Assembly: GCA_012295275.1 (NCBI GenBank)
Contig: CM022671.1
Coordinates: forward strand, 19,840,001 to 19,904,000
Length of the DNA stretch: 64,000 nt
Direction of reading: 5' to 3'
Source of the DNA: Chrysomallon squamiferum
Taxonomy: Eukaryota; Animalia; Mollusca
Numbering within the stretch: the stretch's first letter is position 1; each line of letters begins with the position of its first letter. Shown here in pieces: positions 47,100 through 60,822 of the stretch. A model generated the notes under the pieces. The model saw nothing but the letters and a program-made list of their open reading frames with translations, was not told the origin of the DNA and searched no databases. The position numbers were made by a program, and so were the translations under genes.

Positions 47100-47842
47100 A
47101 AGAAAAAGTAAATAAATAAAAACAATTTTACATTTTTCAGCAGAGTGATCTTTTCCTGACTTTTTGTCCACTTTCACAACTTTTCCATCATCGGTGAGAG
47201 AAATTCCCTGAGCTTTGTTTACTTCAGCTTTAAATTAAAATGAAAAAATGTATATATTTGAAAAATATCATATATGAATAAACTTAAAATCAATATATGT
47301 TCTGCATATTACTAATATACATAATTTATGTCAGAGCTGAAAATTTATAAAACTATATTTACTGTTAAAAATAGTTTTTTTTTCTTCTTAAAATAAGCTG
47401 TATGAAACTACAAACATCCATTCATAATCAATAAACAAAACAAAATAAAATAAAAATACATCAGACAAATATTTTCTGTATCAAAAATCAACAGCTGTAA
47501 AAAAATTATTGTATTTTTTATGTTTAATTTTTGTAAGTTTAAATAAATGTGAAAAACTTCCAAACAGATCTATAAAATAAATGCTTAGAAAAAAACTATG
47601 CTAAACTAATGAAAATTAATTAAAAATGTGAAAGAAATACTGATGTTATTATTATAAGAACAAGGATGTCGTCAATACATGAAAATAATCAAACTGAACC
47701 TGTATTTACTATGGACTTGATGCTATAATTTAAAACTCACCACCAAGAGTTCTGTTAAGATGAGACATTAAACCGCCACAGCGTTGGAAGTCAAAGTAAT
47801 CTGTTGAGTCAGTCCAGAATTGTTGCATAGGCAAAAATGCCT
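39092..47842 (-). pseudogene. RNF123: RNF123 copy C: 3' half through the RING and stop codon, no promoter or 5' exons
   Basis: Exons from 47842 (EAFLPMQQFW) through [74 protein letters not shown], to RING exons 39681-39593 and 39221-39092. Lesions: in-frame TAG at 40229-40231, donor GT>AT at 43220, exon 43307-43221 one base short, no AG acceptor near 44005. Confidence 0.93.
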
Positions 47843-47899
47843 CTGTAAAATTAAATTACACTAAATACAAAAATATCTACTTCATTATAATTATAAATA

Positions 47900-48466
47900 T
47901 TTCACATTTTTGTATTATAACAGTTTCTCCAGAACATGCTATCTTAATTTATCATTATACTTGCCTTGTATTTCTCATAATTATTAAATAATTTAAATGT
48001 ATGAATATTTTCATTTTGAAAATTTCTTAACAGCATGTGTTTATCCACACACCAAAAACCTTTGCTTGTATATTCAAAACATTACCAACATTGCCTCCAG
48101 CCCATACAAAAAAAAAAAAAAAAAAAAAAATCATTACAGCATTAATAATAATAATAACTAAATATATTTAGCTTTTAAAATTCATGATATAAAAAAAATT
48201 GACTGAATTTGAATTAAAAGGCATAAATTATAATTATAAACATTTATGTAACAAAAAAGATTGATATAGTAAAAAAAAAGTAACATGATAGTACAGTAGT
48301 TATTAGAATATATTTTCTTTTTGTTGACAATTCTGTTAGATTTAATTTAGAATTTTTTCAAACAATATTTCAGATGCCTAATAAACTAAAAAATAAAAAA
48401 ATAAAAACAATAGATCATAATTTGAAATGTGTAACTGATGAAGCATTTTGTATTTATTTTTTAAAT

Positions 48467-48505
<39 letters not shown>

Positions 48506-49250
48506 TTTTTTATAATAATTTTAATTTTTTTTAATGCTTTATTTATTTATTTATTTTTGTTGTGAATGTGCAACAGTTCTTTTTAGTTAGCATGAATTGA
48601 ATATTTTTGTCTGAAGTGCATTTTAATTTATATATACTGATGTATACTTTTGGGGGGGGGGAAATGATGAAAATAATTGATCCATTAGCTTTTCCATTCC
48701 TGGCTAATATGTTATAATGCACAATCCAGTGTAAAACAGTTTAAAATGATTGATATGAAATAATTTATACCATACAGCAAAAATCATTAATAAAGTAATA
48801 AAAACAATAACCACAATAATAAATTAAAAACATTTTTGTTCAGTATTTATTTTTAAAATCTTTTTGTTTATGTTGATATCACAAAATAGTTGTCATGCTT
48901 TGTGTACAAGTATTTTGAAATAAATGTTATGTACTTCCTACTTCCCATGTATCAAGTGATGTCCTTTGTGTCTTCAGGCTTAACATTTTCAGGGGAAATT
49001 ATTAATTCAACACATTTTTTTGCATGTATACCAAATAGAATGTTAATCTTCTAACCTTATTTCAAAAGATATATATTATTTCAACAATTACATATCTGTT
49101 GTTTAATTATATATATTATATGCGTTAGATAACCATAGATCTAGAATGCTTGATGAAAGTTTTCTCTTTACAGACTTGAAATTTAATTCAGTACTAGGAT
49201 TTCATTAGTAATATAGTTTGTGTTAGTTGATGAATCTTTTATTAGAGATT
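47900..49250. repeat. Direct repeat 2 of the EEA1 intron-8 segment
   Basis: Matches 33998-35345 and continues without a break into the EEA1 exon at 49453. Confidence 0.95.
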
Positions 49251-50274
49251 ATGACTTTGTGCTTTTGAAGTGAATGTCAGGATTATTAAAAATAATAAAT
49301 AGTAGATAAAATCTTTTTAGCATGAATTCTTTTTGCTTTTGATTTCTAAATTTGACCATAACTTCAGTGAGCACATATTCAGTAAGAATAGTTTACTTTT
49401 GTATTCTATCCAACATCTGACACAAAATGTGTACTATTATTGTTTTTACTAGACCTGGAGCTGAAGATGTTCTCGTATTGAAACAGGAACTTATCAGTGT
49501 ACAGACTCTTATGGACAAGATGACTCTGGAACGGGAAAAAGAGAGAGATGACCTTGAACGGGAACTTGAAAAACTTAAAGAGAAACATAAAACGTTAGTT
49601 TATTATTTTAAATTACTTAAGTTGTGTTATATTGGTGGGTAATTATCAGAATCAGTCATTTGTGTATTGTAACATGAAAATGTTAGCAATAGAGGTTGAT
49701 GGGAGTGATTCAGTAGTTTCTTTAGCAGTAGTTTTGTTGTAAGATCCACATCCTTTATCATATTATATAGAGCTTAAGATCCACCAGTGCCTCAATGGTA
49801 CATGTTAACTTGGATATAGAGATACCTGAATGTTATGAATGCTTCTTTCCATTAATTTTTTTTGTTGAGCTATATCACAAATGGTTCTTTAATTACTGCG
49901 CCTTTGTTTAGATATTAAATAAGTTGACTGTTAAAGTAAATGAATTTCAGGTCAGAAGAAAAAATAAAAGAATTACAGAATGAACTTGACAGAGCTCCAA
50001 AGGAAGAGGAAGTTAAACAGTATGATTTGTTTATTTTTTGTTATTCTTTTTTATTTTTTAAAGAGCTCATTTACAGTTGAATTTATATATTTAAAAAAAA
50101 CAAAATTAATATTAAGAGATTTATTTTAGCTTATGTTATTATTATTATTTATTTAGATATATTTTTTACTTACACATTAATCCAATTTTTGAAAAGAGTT
50201 TATTTATAATTTAATCTTTAAAAAAAATAAATCAGCTTTTTTATTGATTATTATTACAGTTATTACAATTATGG

Positions 50275-50307
<33 letters not shown>

Positions 50308-51551
50308 CAGTCTTCAATCAGCTTTAAGTGAAAAAGATTCTGGATCAGAACATTTGACCTCATTACTTCAAGGAAAGGACACAGAAATTAAACAACTGTC
50401 TGATGATAAATATGAGGTAACAGATGAAGATGTTTAAAATATATTCTGTTATAAAGTCAAATTAATAACATTAATTTCATTATTGTTATAACTTTTAAAA
50501 AATTATTTAATTTTTGTTTATTTATCTAAATGACTATAAATCTTTTAAATTGATTTGTTTTCCATTTTTATATTAATTACAGTCCTGTATATAATTTCCC
50601 AAAGCCTTTGATGAATAAATTATGCCTCTGTTTACGTAATTGTTATATTAGTATAACTGAGGTGACAGACACACACACACACACACATGCATGCAGAGAC
50701 ACACACAGACATATACACAATTACGTATGAAGTGCTGTCTTTCTATGATTTTAGAGTGTTGCCCATGATGAAGTAAAACATCAGTTAAGGGACAAAGAGG
50801 CTCAATTAGAAGAAGAAGTTAGAAAATGTCAGACACGGTATGAACTCTGATATTTTAAATTAAATAATTTCAGATAAAAACTCATTTATATTAAAAAAAA
50901 AAGTATTTAAAAAAAGTTGGTCAATGTAGCATTTAACTTTAAAAAAGTATTAAAATAACAAGTATATTTTTAAAAATTAAATTCACTTATAACATTTGTC
51001 TTTGTATGTGTGATTTGTTTATAAATTGGGGTTTAAATGATAAAAATTTAATTATTTTTCAACAGAGAACAAAAGATAAATGAATTAGAATCTTTGATAG
51101 AAAGCAGCAAAAATGAGTTACAGAGACTGGAGAATGAGAGAGGAGATTTGTTTGCTAAGGTAACTGACTTATCTTGTTAAAAAAAAAAATACACTTGTAT
51201 AAGAGCATACATTAGGCTATGTTGTGCTATTCTTATTTTTACAGGAAAAAAACTAAACTATTCATAGGATTATATGAATGTTTTACAAATGATAAAGGAA
51301 AATATTACGTTAAATTTCAGAAATGCTTTAAATATACAAATACAATCTTTTGTTTTTAGATAGAGGCAGGTGAAGGTATTGATGCAGCTCTCAATCAGTT
51401 GAAACAAGAAAATGTGAGTACTTTATCTGGAACATTAAAATTTGCTCTTGTGACAGTTAATAATTATTTGTTTGTAATACATTAAATACATGTCATTTAT
51501 TTAGAAATAAAAACTGACCTCTATTATTTAATTAGTTTATGGTTAAAGAAA

Positions 51552-51553
<2 letters not shown>

Positions 51554-51593
<40 letters not shown>

Positions 51594-51638
51594 GTGTGTG
51601 TGTGTGTGTGTTTGTGTGTGTTTGTGTTTGTGTTTGTT
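51554..51638. repeat. Degenerate (TG)n microsatellite
   Basis: Seen directly; it is the source of the spurious MCVCV ORF. Similar tracts lie at 60162-60191, 61003-61054, 61309-61414 and 62104-62147. Confidence 0.95.
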
Positions 51639-53384
51639 ATGGGTAGTCTGTCTTCCAAAATACTAATATTTTATTATCTCAGTGAACATCCATCTTTACT
51701 TCCAGGCAAGTTTGCAAGAGAAAGTTGCCAGTCTTCGAGAAAGCCTTCAGACTCAGACATCAGAAAGTAATCAGAAACAAGAGGCATTTCATAAACAACT
51801 TCAGGAACTCAAAGGTCAGTTGCAGGCTGCATTGGACAAGGAGCAGAAACTTCAGAACTCTCTAGAGGAGAAGTCAGAAAAATTAAACACTCTAATGCAA
51901 AAGAACCAGCAGCTTGAAGCAGATCTAACCACCAAGGTGAGTTTTATGTAAAGCAGTCTCAATTATTTTGTAATCACATAAATAATTATTTTTAATAATT
52001 AAATATTTTTCTGACAACATCACAATTAACCTACAAAACTATTTGGTCCTCAGTGAGCCAAATCACGTGTGCTAACAGAAATGTATACTTTTATTATTGT
52101 TTTTATATTCATTGCAAAAAAATGATGAAAATCATGAAATCAAACTTTCAGAATACTTTTATAATCTTTTTTGGTTTTTGTTTTAACAATTATAAAATTT
52201 AAATATATATAATCTGAATTTTACTACAAAATGTAGAATAGTTGATACAGTTATCAGCCATCTTATTAATTTAGACATTTCAAACAATAACAGTGGGGGT
52301 TTTTTGTGTTTTTTTTAAATTGCTTTTATCTCTGCAGAATGAGTTACTTCTTGCAGCAGAAGCGGCTAAAACAAGCCAGAGAGTGGATTTAGAAAACCAC
52401 ATTAAGACACATGAAAACTTTGCAGCAAAACAAAAATGCTGAGCTTGCTAAAGTCAGACAGCAGTTGGAACAGGTATCTGTTTTAGGACTAACTGCTGGT
52501 TTAAAGAAGATTGTATTTATGAAATTCAGTAGCGTTATGTGTAATTTATTATTTATAAAGATTATGTCCTTATAGCTGGAGTATTTTTTGTTTGATTTAT
52601 TGAATTATTTTGAATAAATACATTTAAAATTTTTATTTTTATTTATAATAAGAATGTAGTAAATAATTGTTTCCTCAAAGGATGAGGATTGATCTTTTAT
52701 TTAATTTTCGAATTTTTATAATAATTAGATTTTTTAATTAGTAATTAGAAAAGGTTCAGATTTACAAATATGTTTACTGACTGTGTTCAAAAGAAAAATA
52801 TTATTCATTTAATTAACTAATTCACATAATAATTCATTGATTTGAAAATAAAACAAGTACATGAATAAAAAAAAACCTGTCATATTTTGTTCTTGGAGAT
52901 TGTAATTGATTTTGATTAACGTAATAAGAAAGATACATTTCTTTTCATCTTAAATAACAAAAAAGAAAAAAAAAAAGTATTATAAAACATTTATAAAGTA
53001 AGTTTTTATTTTGTTTGTTAACAGACTCAAGCAGAGGTTTCACAGAAAAAAGATAAAATAACTGAGTTGGAAGTTTGTGTGAAAGAGCATGGTGAAAAGT
53101 TTACACAGTTGCAATTGCAATGTAATACACTCGAACGAGAACTTAGTGAAAAGGTAGGTCATGGAATTACTTTTAGTAATTGAATAGCCTCTCAGTTACA
53201 AAAAGTATACTTGTGGTTATACAAAGCAGTTGACTGAAATAAATGTTGTAAACTTGAATGTAATTTTTATAATTAATCATTAAAACCAACCTTTACTAAT
53301 AATAAATGAGCAATGCCTGTTTCAGTGGAATAATATTTGCTCAAAATGTTGTGATTGATTCCTCATACTCAATCCATTTGTTTA

Positions 53385-53482
53385 ATTCCCATTCCAGCCT
53401 GTGCTGATAGCTGGTATTACAAAGGTTTGTGGCATGGACTGTCCTCTCTGTGGGATTATGCTTATGAAAGATACCATGATGC
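53385..53482 (+). mobile_element. Degenerate SINE central-domain fragment (Nin/Deu-domain-like)
   Basis: TTCCAGCCTGTGCT..CTGGTATTACAAAGG..TGGCATGGACTGTCCTCTCTGTGGGA..TGCTTATGAAAGAT resembles, from memory, the conserved core of mollusc SINEs. Not verified by search. Confidence 0.45.
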
Positions 53483-55089
53483 AGTTAGTTGTAAAAATTG
53501 ATTTCAGAATAAAAAATATTCATTTATGGTTTTAGTTTTCTTTATTTTTTTTATTTTATTATTTTTTAAACCTATATGTAGCCAAAGCCTGGTTATACTG
53601 AAAATATTCTGTTTAATAATTAATTTTCTTTTTCACAGAAAGTGGCTGTTAAAGAGCTGGATGCTGAAAAGAAGGAAACAAAGAAAAACTTGACAGTTGC
53701 TCAGAAATCTCTGAATGAAACAAAAGCAGAACTGGTTAAAATGGAACAAAATGTAGAAAATGTGAGTTATTCATATTTATGTTGTATTTTTTCAGTTGTT
53801 TTTTTAATTATTATAGTATCCTGTTTTGTGAACATCTCCAATCCAAACCAATATATATATATATATCATTCAAATAGCTAGGGTTCATCATGGATGTTTT
53901 GTGTTTCTACAAAATAATAGAAAGAAATTAATCTTTATTTACATCCTTTAGAATTTTTCTTAAATTTCTGACATTTTGTTATGTTTGTTTTTCTAAATAT
54001 ATATATTCCATATTTGGAATCTCTAGCACAAACAGTTTTTGTGCAATTTCTTTACCAAAATGTTAGGGTATTACAAAAAACAATATTTGATAAAAAATAA
54101 AAAAATGAATGCAGTTTTATAGACCATATTTCTACTTATTATGGCTATAAGAATGATGTTATCTCTGTATATACACTTTCTTTTGCAAAAAACCTAAATG
54201 GTCATGTTAAAAACTAAAAAAAACTTTTTTGTTTGTTCATATTGTCATTTTTCACCTAGCCTGTCCCTTTAAGTTTTGGATCTTTTGCCAGTAAAAAAAA
54301 AAAAAAAAAAAAAAAAACTTATGACCATTTTTACACTGGATGTTTTATTATTATTATTTTTTTTTTTTTTAATTTATTTTCATGTTTATCATTAAAATAT
54401 GTAATCTGTTTTACAGTATTCAACAAGTATAAAACAATTTCCCTTCAGCAACTAAAGTAAAGATTTTAATATAAAATGTTTGATTTTTCACAGGCCACTA
54501 AATCACATTCCAGTGAGGTAAATGCCTTAAAAGAATCAGTTTCACAGCTTAATTCTGAAAAACAGAAAATGCAAGAGAAAATAGAACAGCAGGTATATTT
54601 ATAATTTTTTAATAAGTTAATTGCTAGATATATTAAAATGAAGCTTTATTGTTGTCTCTGTGTGTATGTGAGCACATAAACATACAAATAACCTAATATA
54701 TTTTGTATACTTCATTTAATATTATTCATTTATTACTAAAAATAAAGATTAACAGCTTTCCTAATATTAGATTGACAGCTTAAATATGTTCACAGATGTT
54801 TGCAAAAATACAAATATTAAGTGTTGGTAAACAAATATTTATTTACTAAATTTTAGCATGCACAGTTGGGAGAGAAAGATGGCTTGTTAAAAAGTTCAGG
54901 TTCACAGCTTGAAGAGACGAAGAAGGAGTTAGAAACCACTAGAAACAGACTAGCAGATGTTGAAAAAGAGTTTGAGAAAGTTAGTCAGTTTAACAAATTA
55001 TAATATTTTACACAAATAGTTATCAAAAACATTTTCATTACTCTTCGGTCATTCCATAGTGTGTAAAGAATTTTAATATACAATGTATT

Positions 55090-55672
55090 TTGAAAGACAG
55101 GAGGAATGCATATCAACTGTCTTTATTGCTTCCTCAGAAGTTATTTCAAAAACTTTTGGAACCCTTTTTTAAACAAATTATCTTCAAGGAATAGTGTACT
55201 AGAATGTTCACAGAAATGGAAGAAAAATAATATTTAAATAAAATAAAGAAATAAAATATTTTTTATCTTAAATTAAAAAAACAAAACAAAAAATTAAATG
55301 AAATATTAATCATTTTAAAAGATAATTATTTTTGATTGAGGATTATTGGTAATTATCTTTTCCATTTCAGACTAAAGAAAGTCATTGCAATGAAGTATCA
55401 ACGTTAAAAAGCTTGTTGGAAAATGAGAAAGTGGAAAATAACAAAAATAAAGAAAATTTGAAACAGCAGGTAATCTAATTTTTGTTCCGCTCTAGTTTAT
55501 TTATATAAGTCTAATTTCCCAAACAAAATAGAATTATAGTATTTTTGTAAATTCAATAATTAATTAATCAAAATGCTATCTTTATATTATGACTTTAATG
55601 TAATTCATCCTTTTCTTTGTTCAGTACCTACAGAATGCATCTGAAACATTATCTTAATTTATAGATTTTATA

Positions 55673-55703
<31 letters not shown>

Positions 55704-56791
55704 CATGCTATAGCTTTTTATCATTAAAATTTTTTTTTTTACTGAGAGGAATAGTAAATATGCCAGGGTTGACATTGAATCAGTTGAATCATATGACTCA
55801 CCATTCTCAATCCAGCTCGGTAACCTCTGTGTTATACCTACTTTTTTTTTCTTTTTTTTTCCAATCGTTTCTTTCATTCAGATGGCAGTACTGACTGAAG
55901 AAAAGAACAAATTGCTAGAAAATAAGATAGTTGTTGAGACAGAACTGGCTGAATACCTTGGAAAGTTGAAAGACAGGAGGAATGCATATCAACTGTCTTT
56001 ATTGCTTCCTCAGAAGTTATTTCAAAAACTTTTGGAACCCTTTTTTAAACAAATTATCTTCAAGGAATAGTGTACTAGAATGTTCACAGAAATGGAAGAA
56101 AAATAATATTTAAATAAAATAAAGAAATAAAATATTTTTTATCCCAAATTTAAAAAAACAAAACAAAAAATTAAATGAAATATTAATCATTTTAAAAGAT
56201 AATTATCTTTTCCATTTCAGACTAAAGAAAGTCATTCCAATGACGTATCAACGTTAAAAAGCTTGTTGGAAAATGAGAAAGTAGAAAATAACAAAAATAA
56301 AGAAAATTTGAAACAGCAGGTAATCTGATTTTTGTTCCGCTCTAGTTTATTTATATAAGTCTAATTTCCCAAACAAAATAGAATTATAGTATTTTTGTAA
56401 ATTCAATAATTAATTAATCAAAATGCTATCTTTTTAATGTAATTCATCCTTTTCTTTGTTCAGTACCTACAGAATGCATCTGAAACATTATCTTAATTTA
56501 TAGATTTTATAACTTTTTAAAAATAAAACCTGAAAAAAACCAACTAGCTAAGCTTTTTATCATTAACAAATTTTTTTTTCCTGACAGGAATAGTAAATAT
56601 GCCAGGGTTGACATTGAATCAGTTGAATCATATGACTCACCGTTCTCAATCCAGCTCGGTAACCTCTGTGTTATACTTACTCTTTTTTTTTTCTTTTTTT
56701 TCCAATTGTTTCTTTCATTCAGATGGCAGTACTGATTGAAGAAAAGAACAAAGGTGTTGAGACAGAACTGGCTGAATACATTGGAAAGTTG
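55090..56791 (+). repeat. Tandem duplication (unit about 876 bp) covering one and a half EEA1 exons
   Basis: TTGAAAGACAGGAGGAATGC starts at 55090 and again at 55966. Exons 55371-55469 and 56221-56319 are paired, as are those starting at 55882 and 56723. Confidence 0.95.
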
Positions 56792-59700
56792 CAGACACGA
56801 GAACAGGAAATGAATGATTTGAAGAAGAGTTCAAAAGAAGAGAAGGTAATTCAAATCTAATAAATAATTATTTGTATTAATTATATGACACACATATAGG
56901 ATTTGATATAATAATGATAGAAGAGAGAAGAAATGTTTAACCCATTTTGTATGAAAGGATTTCATAAATATGGTCTATAACATTTTATGGAACTATAGCT
57001 AAAATATTTGTTTATTAATAAAATTATTTTTATTTTAGTCAAAACATGAAAGTGAAGTAAATAAACTGCAGTCAGAATTTAAGTCAAAGGAAGATGAATG
57101 GAAACAGAAACTACAGGCAATAGAAGAGGAACTTAAAAAAAGTCAGGTACTCAAACATCTTAACTGCATTTCTACAATAACAATTGATATATAATGAAAT
57201 GAAAAAAGAATTAACCACATTAAATATTTATTTCTTACAGTGAATATTATTATTTTATTTTTATTTTCAGGATACTGAGAAAGCTAAGGAAAAAATAATT
57301 TCAGAATTAACAGAACAGGTAAAAATCCATTATTTTCAAACAAATATAACATTTTTGTATTATTATTATTATTTTTTTTTTACAAATGTTATTTATATAA
57401 GAGCAAATAATATGTATTATGCTAGAACAAGCCTGTAGCATGTTAAACATTTCTTTTAAAAATCCTTCATACTTTTTTCAATTCAGAAAAGTTTGATTTC
57501 CTAACCATGAATATACGTGAGCTGTTTGATAAATCAAATTCAAATTAAAAAACCAGGATTGATGAAAAAAGAAAGCAGTAGTCAAAACAATATAAATATT
57601 AATTATGATACTATTACATAAAACTGATACATGAATATACTTAAGTTTGAAGTTTTTATACTAAATGTATCTTATGTATTACAACAGAAGTCTAGCTTGG
57701 AGAATAAAATACAGGGACTAGAACAAAGAAGAGAAGAATTAGAGAAACATACTACAGAATTACAAGAGCAGTTAACACTTCAGGTAAACTATTGAGAGAG
57801 ATACAGAGACCAAAAAGAGAACAAGAGTGAGTGAGTGAGTGAGTGTAAAATCTCAATGCAGGTCTTTATAACTTTTTCCACAAACTGATATGATTTTTAT
57901 TTAAGATTTGTGTTTGTCACTTATACAATTTTCTCCTAAAAATGGCATTAAATATAACTTTTTGTATTAATAATTAGCTGTAATCTTTCATTATTATTAT
58001 TATTACTGATACACTGATTGTAAAATAAAAATACTGAAAAAACAGTTATCCATTAAACATTTTCTGATAAGCTACAGAAGGGAACAACTTAAATAACTTT
58101 GAAAACTAAACTAATATTAATGGAAATTTCTAATGAAATTTAAAGATATCTTTTAGTCATATAAAAAAAAATAATATTGTTATGGAAAAATGGCAGTCAT
58201 CTCTTCAGTTTAATCTAAATGTTAATACCGTGTTAGCTTTTTAAATGGTGCAAAATAGTTAGAACCTGTTTTAAAAATAAACAACAATAAACAAATCTAA
58301 TTTGTCTTTACACAAGATGCATGATTACATACCACTGTTATTTCTCCATCTTTTTTCAATCTGCTCCAGATTACACACAACTGTAGGCATGTCTGGTCGA
58401 TCCTTCTTACGTTCAGACACACAAGACAAGGCACACTGTAACATTTTCAGTATCACTACATCCTCACACTGCCCTGCTTTCTTATCCTGAAACACATTCA
58501 GCCGTGTCTGTAACTTCAACAAAATGGCTGGCCTGAAATAAAAAAAAAATAATAGTAATAAAAATTCAGTTTAAAAAAAAATTATACGATGATATTTAAT
58601 AAAATGAAGGTGTTTGTAATGGGTTTTTTAAATATATTGTTACAAAAATAATATTTCCCAAAATTGTTGCTATCACTTCAAGATTTTCAAATTTATTGCA
58701 TAAAAAGTCAAAGGAATGTCACCTATTAAACTGCGATATTCATCTAACTAGTGCATGGCAAAAAGTCATCTTAGTGACAAAGTACTGCTTCTACTGAATT
58801 TTACCACATTTAAACGATTTTAAAGTAATGTTGCAAAAAGTTATCTAACTTCACTGACGTTTCCGAAAAATGATAATAATGATAATATAAAGATAACGAT
58901 AATGATAACAATAATGACAATGGCAATAGCAACAGCAACAGCAACAGCAATAACAATAACAAATAGAAAAGCTACTTACAATAAACTTATGAGGCTCTCG
59001 TCTTTCATCATAAGCCTTTTCACCATTGCAGATTTCAAGCAGCACCTAATAGAAAACAATGTATGAGATTGAACTCGATTATTTTATAACATTCTGTGCA
59101 GTGAAATATTCTGATGTTATCAGAAATTTATTTATTTATTAGTATTATAAACAAACTTTTTAATATATTTTTTATTACATACATACAGTAAATTAAAAAA
59201 AATTGGGCAATCAAATGTTTGATTAAACAAATACTATATAACTGTTTGTTTGCTTTATTTCTTACTGCATTTTTCTTCTTTTTTTTTTCTTTTCTTTTCT
59301 GTTTTGTTTTCTTTTTTGACCTGATAGATAAATTTGCTGTGTAAATGAACAACTCACAACTCAAAATGCATAAACATCCGACTTGACAGACATCTGACTT
59401 CCTGTCATCACCTCAGGTGCGAAGTATGCCTTTGTACCATAGATCTTAGAATTCATTCCTTTCTTAGTGATGTGAGTGAACTGACCAGTGAGGGAGCCAC
59501 CAGTGGCATGCTGAGCTTGACCAAGATCTCCAATTTTAGCTTCAAACTGTCGATCAAGCAGAATGTTAGCACTAAAAGAAAACAAAAAATATTCTGAATT
59601 CTAGTTTAAAAATTAAAATTATTCAATAAATAGAAATCAAATCGCTTTTTCTCAAGCTCAAAATTAAATTTCTTGTAACCAAAAGAATTGCACATTAATA

Positions 59701-60159
59701 GTTTCGTGCTTGTTTTATGCATCTGGAAAGAAATTGCCAATTCTGATGAATAATTATAGTTTTCAAAAAAATTTGTGTTATATCAGACATTTCTTTACAA
59801 TTATTGTTTATAAATATTTACATTTTATTATTAACAAAAATTGGTTCACTAACATTTATAAATAAACAAAGTACATGGAACAAATGCCAAATATTAGTAA
59901 TTAATGTTTTGCACTTTTATGGATGGGAAAGAGGCAATACTATTGCTGCTTCTTTATTTATAATGACTTTCTGCTTAATTACCTTTTGATATCTCCATGG
60001 ATGAGTGGTTTTTCTCCTATTGTATGAAAGTACTGGAGACCCATTGCAGCCCCAAGTGCAATGGAAATACGTTTCTCCCAATTCAGAGGTTGAGAGTTCT
60101 TCTGCAAATGATTGAAAAATTACATAGAAGTTTATTTATAACTTAAAAGATAAGACAGA

Positions 60160-60194
<35 letters not shown>

Positions 60195-60822
60195 AAACAA
60201 AGCAAAACAAAACAAGAACATGAAAATAATAGATCCAACCAGAGAAATGTAAGAATTCTAAAATATTTCACTATATTACATGATATTATTTTAGAAATTA
60301 ACCTTAGACACTGATTCTTTTCACTACAATTGTAATGTGTAAATATTTAAGCAGTCTACAGTTTTTAATTCCATAAAACCAAACAATCAGAAAGAGTGCA
60401 AGTAAATCATTATTTTCTACAGGACAGATTTTCTTAAATGGCTATGTCACCTATTAAAATATTCATCTAATTAGTGCTTATCGAAATAAGCATAAAATTA
60501 TTATTATTATTATTAACAGTAACAGTAGTAGTATTTTAATAATACATTTATAGCCTGGTTCTTTTAAGGTGTATTTTCTTCAAAGTAGACATACATTTTA
60601 TTATACAAATTTAATCTGAAGATAACGATAAAACATACAGTGCACTGTAACCTGTCTTCCAGAGATCCATTACCCATGTACTGGTAGACAAGACAGAGTG
60701 ATGGGCCATCTAAAGCATATCCGTAAAGTGTAACAATATTTTCAAGTCTGTATCTGCAATTATAAATCACAAATATATAACATTATCCAATTATTAATAT
60801 TACCACTAAAAATATTGGAAAT

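Larger units (their letters stand above)
28708..57783 (+). pseudogene. EEA1: Early endosome antigen 1 homologue: C2H2 fingers plus coiled coil, frameshifted, FYVE domain absent
   Basis: Exons 28708-28749, 29476-29574, 30110-30226 (GFLCPICMK..KHFDVEH), 30979-31088, 31752-31855, 32270-32376, 32892-32978, 33405-33463, 49453-49593 (RPGAEDVLVLKQELISVQTLMDKMTLERE), then about 18 further coiled-coil exons, including ERGDLFAK|IEAGEG and ELLLAAEAAK, to 57688-57783. Exon 52338-52473 is 136 nt in a phase 0-0 slot, giving TGA at 52440. Confidence 0.9.

Noticed and set aside
40229-59363. In-frame TAG (RNF123-C) and TGA (IRAK) as stop-codon reassignment, selenocysteine or readthrough
   Set aside because: These are isolated cases, each one substitution from the expected codon (CAG, GGA), in genes that also have frameshifts. 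TGA and TAA serve as normal stops in this window.
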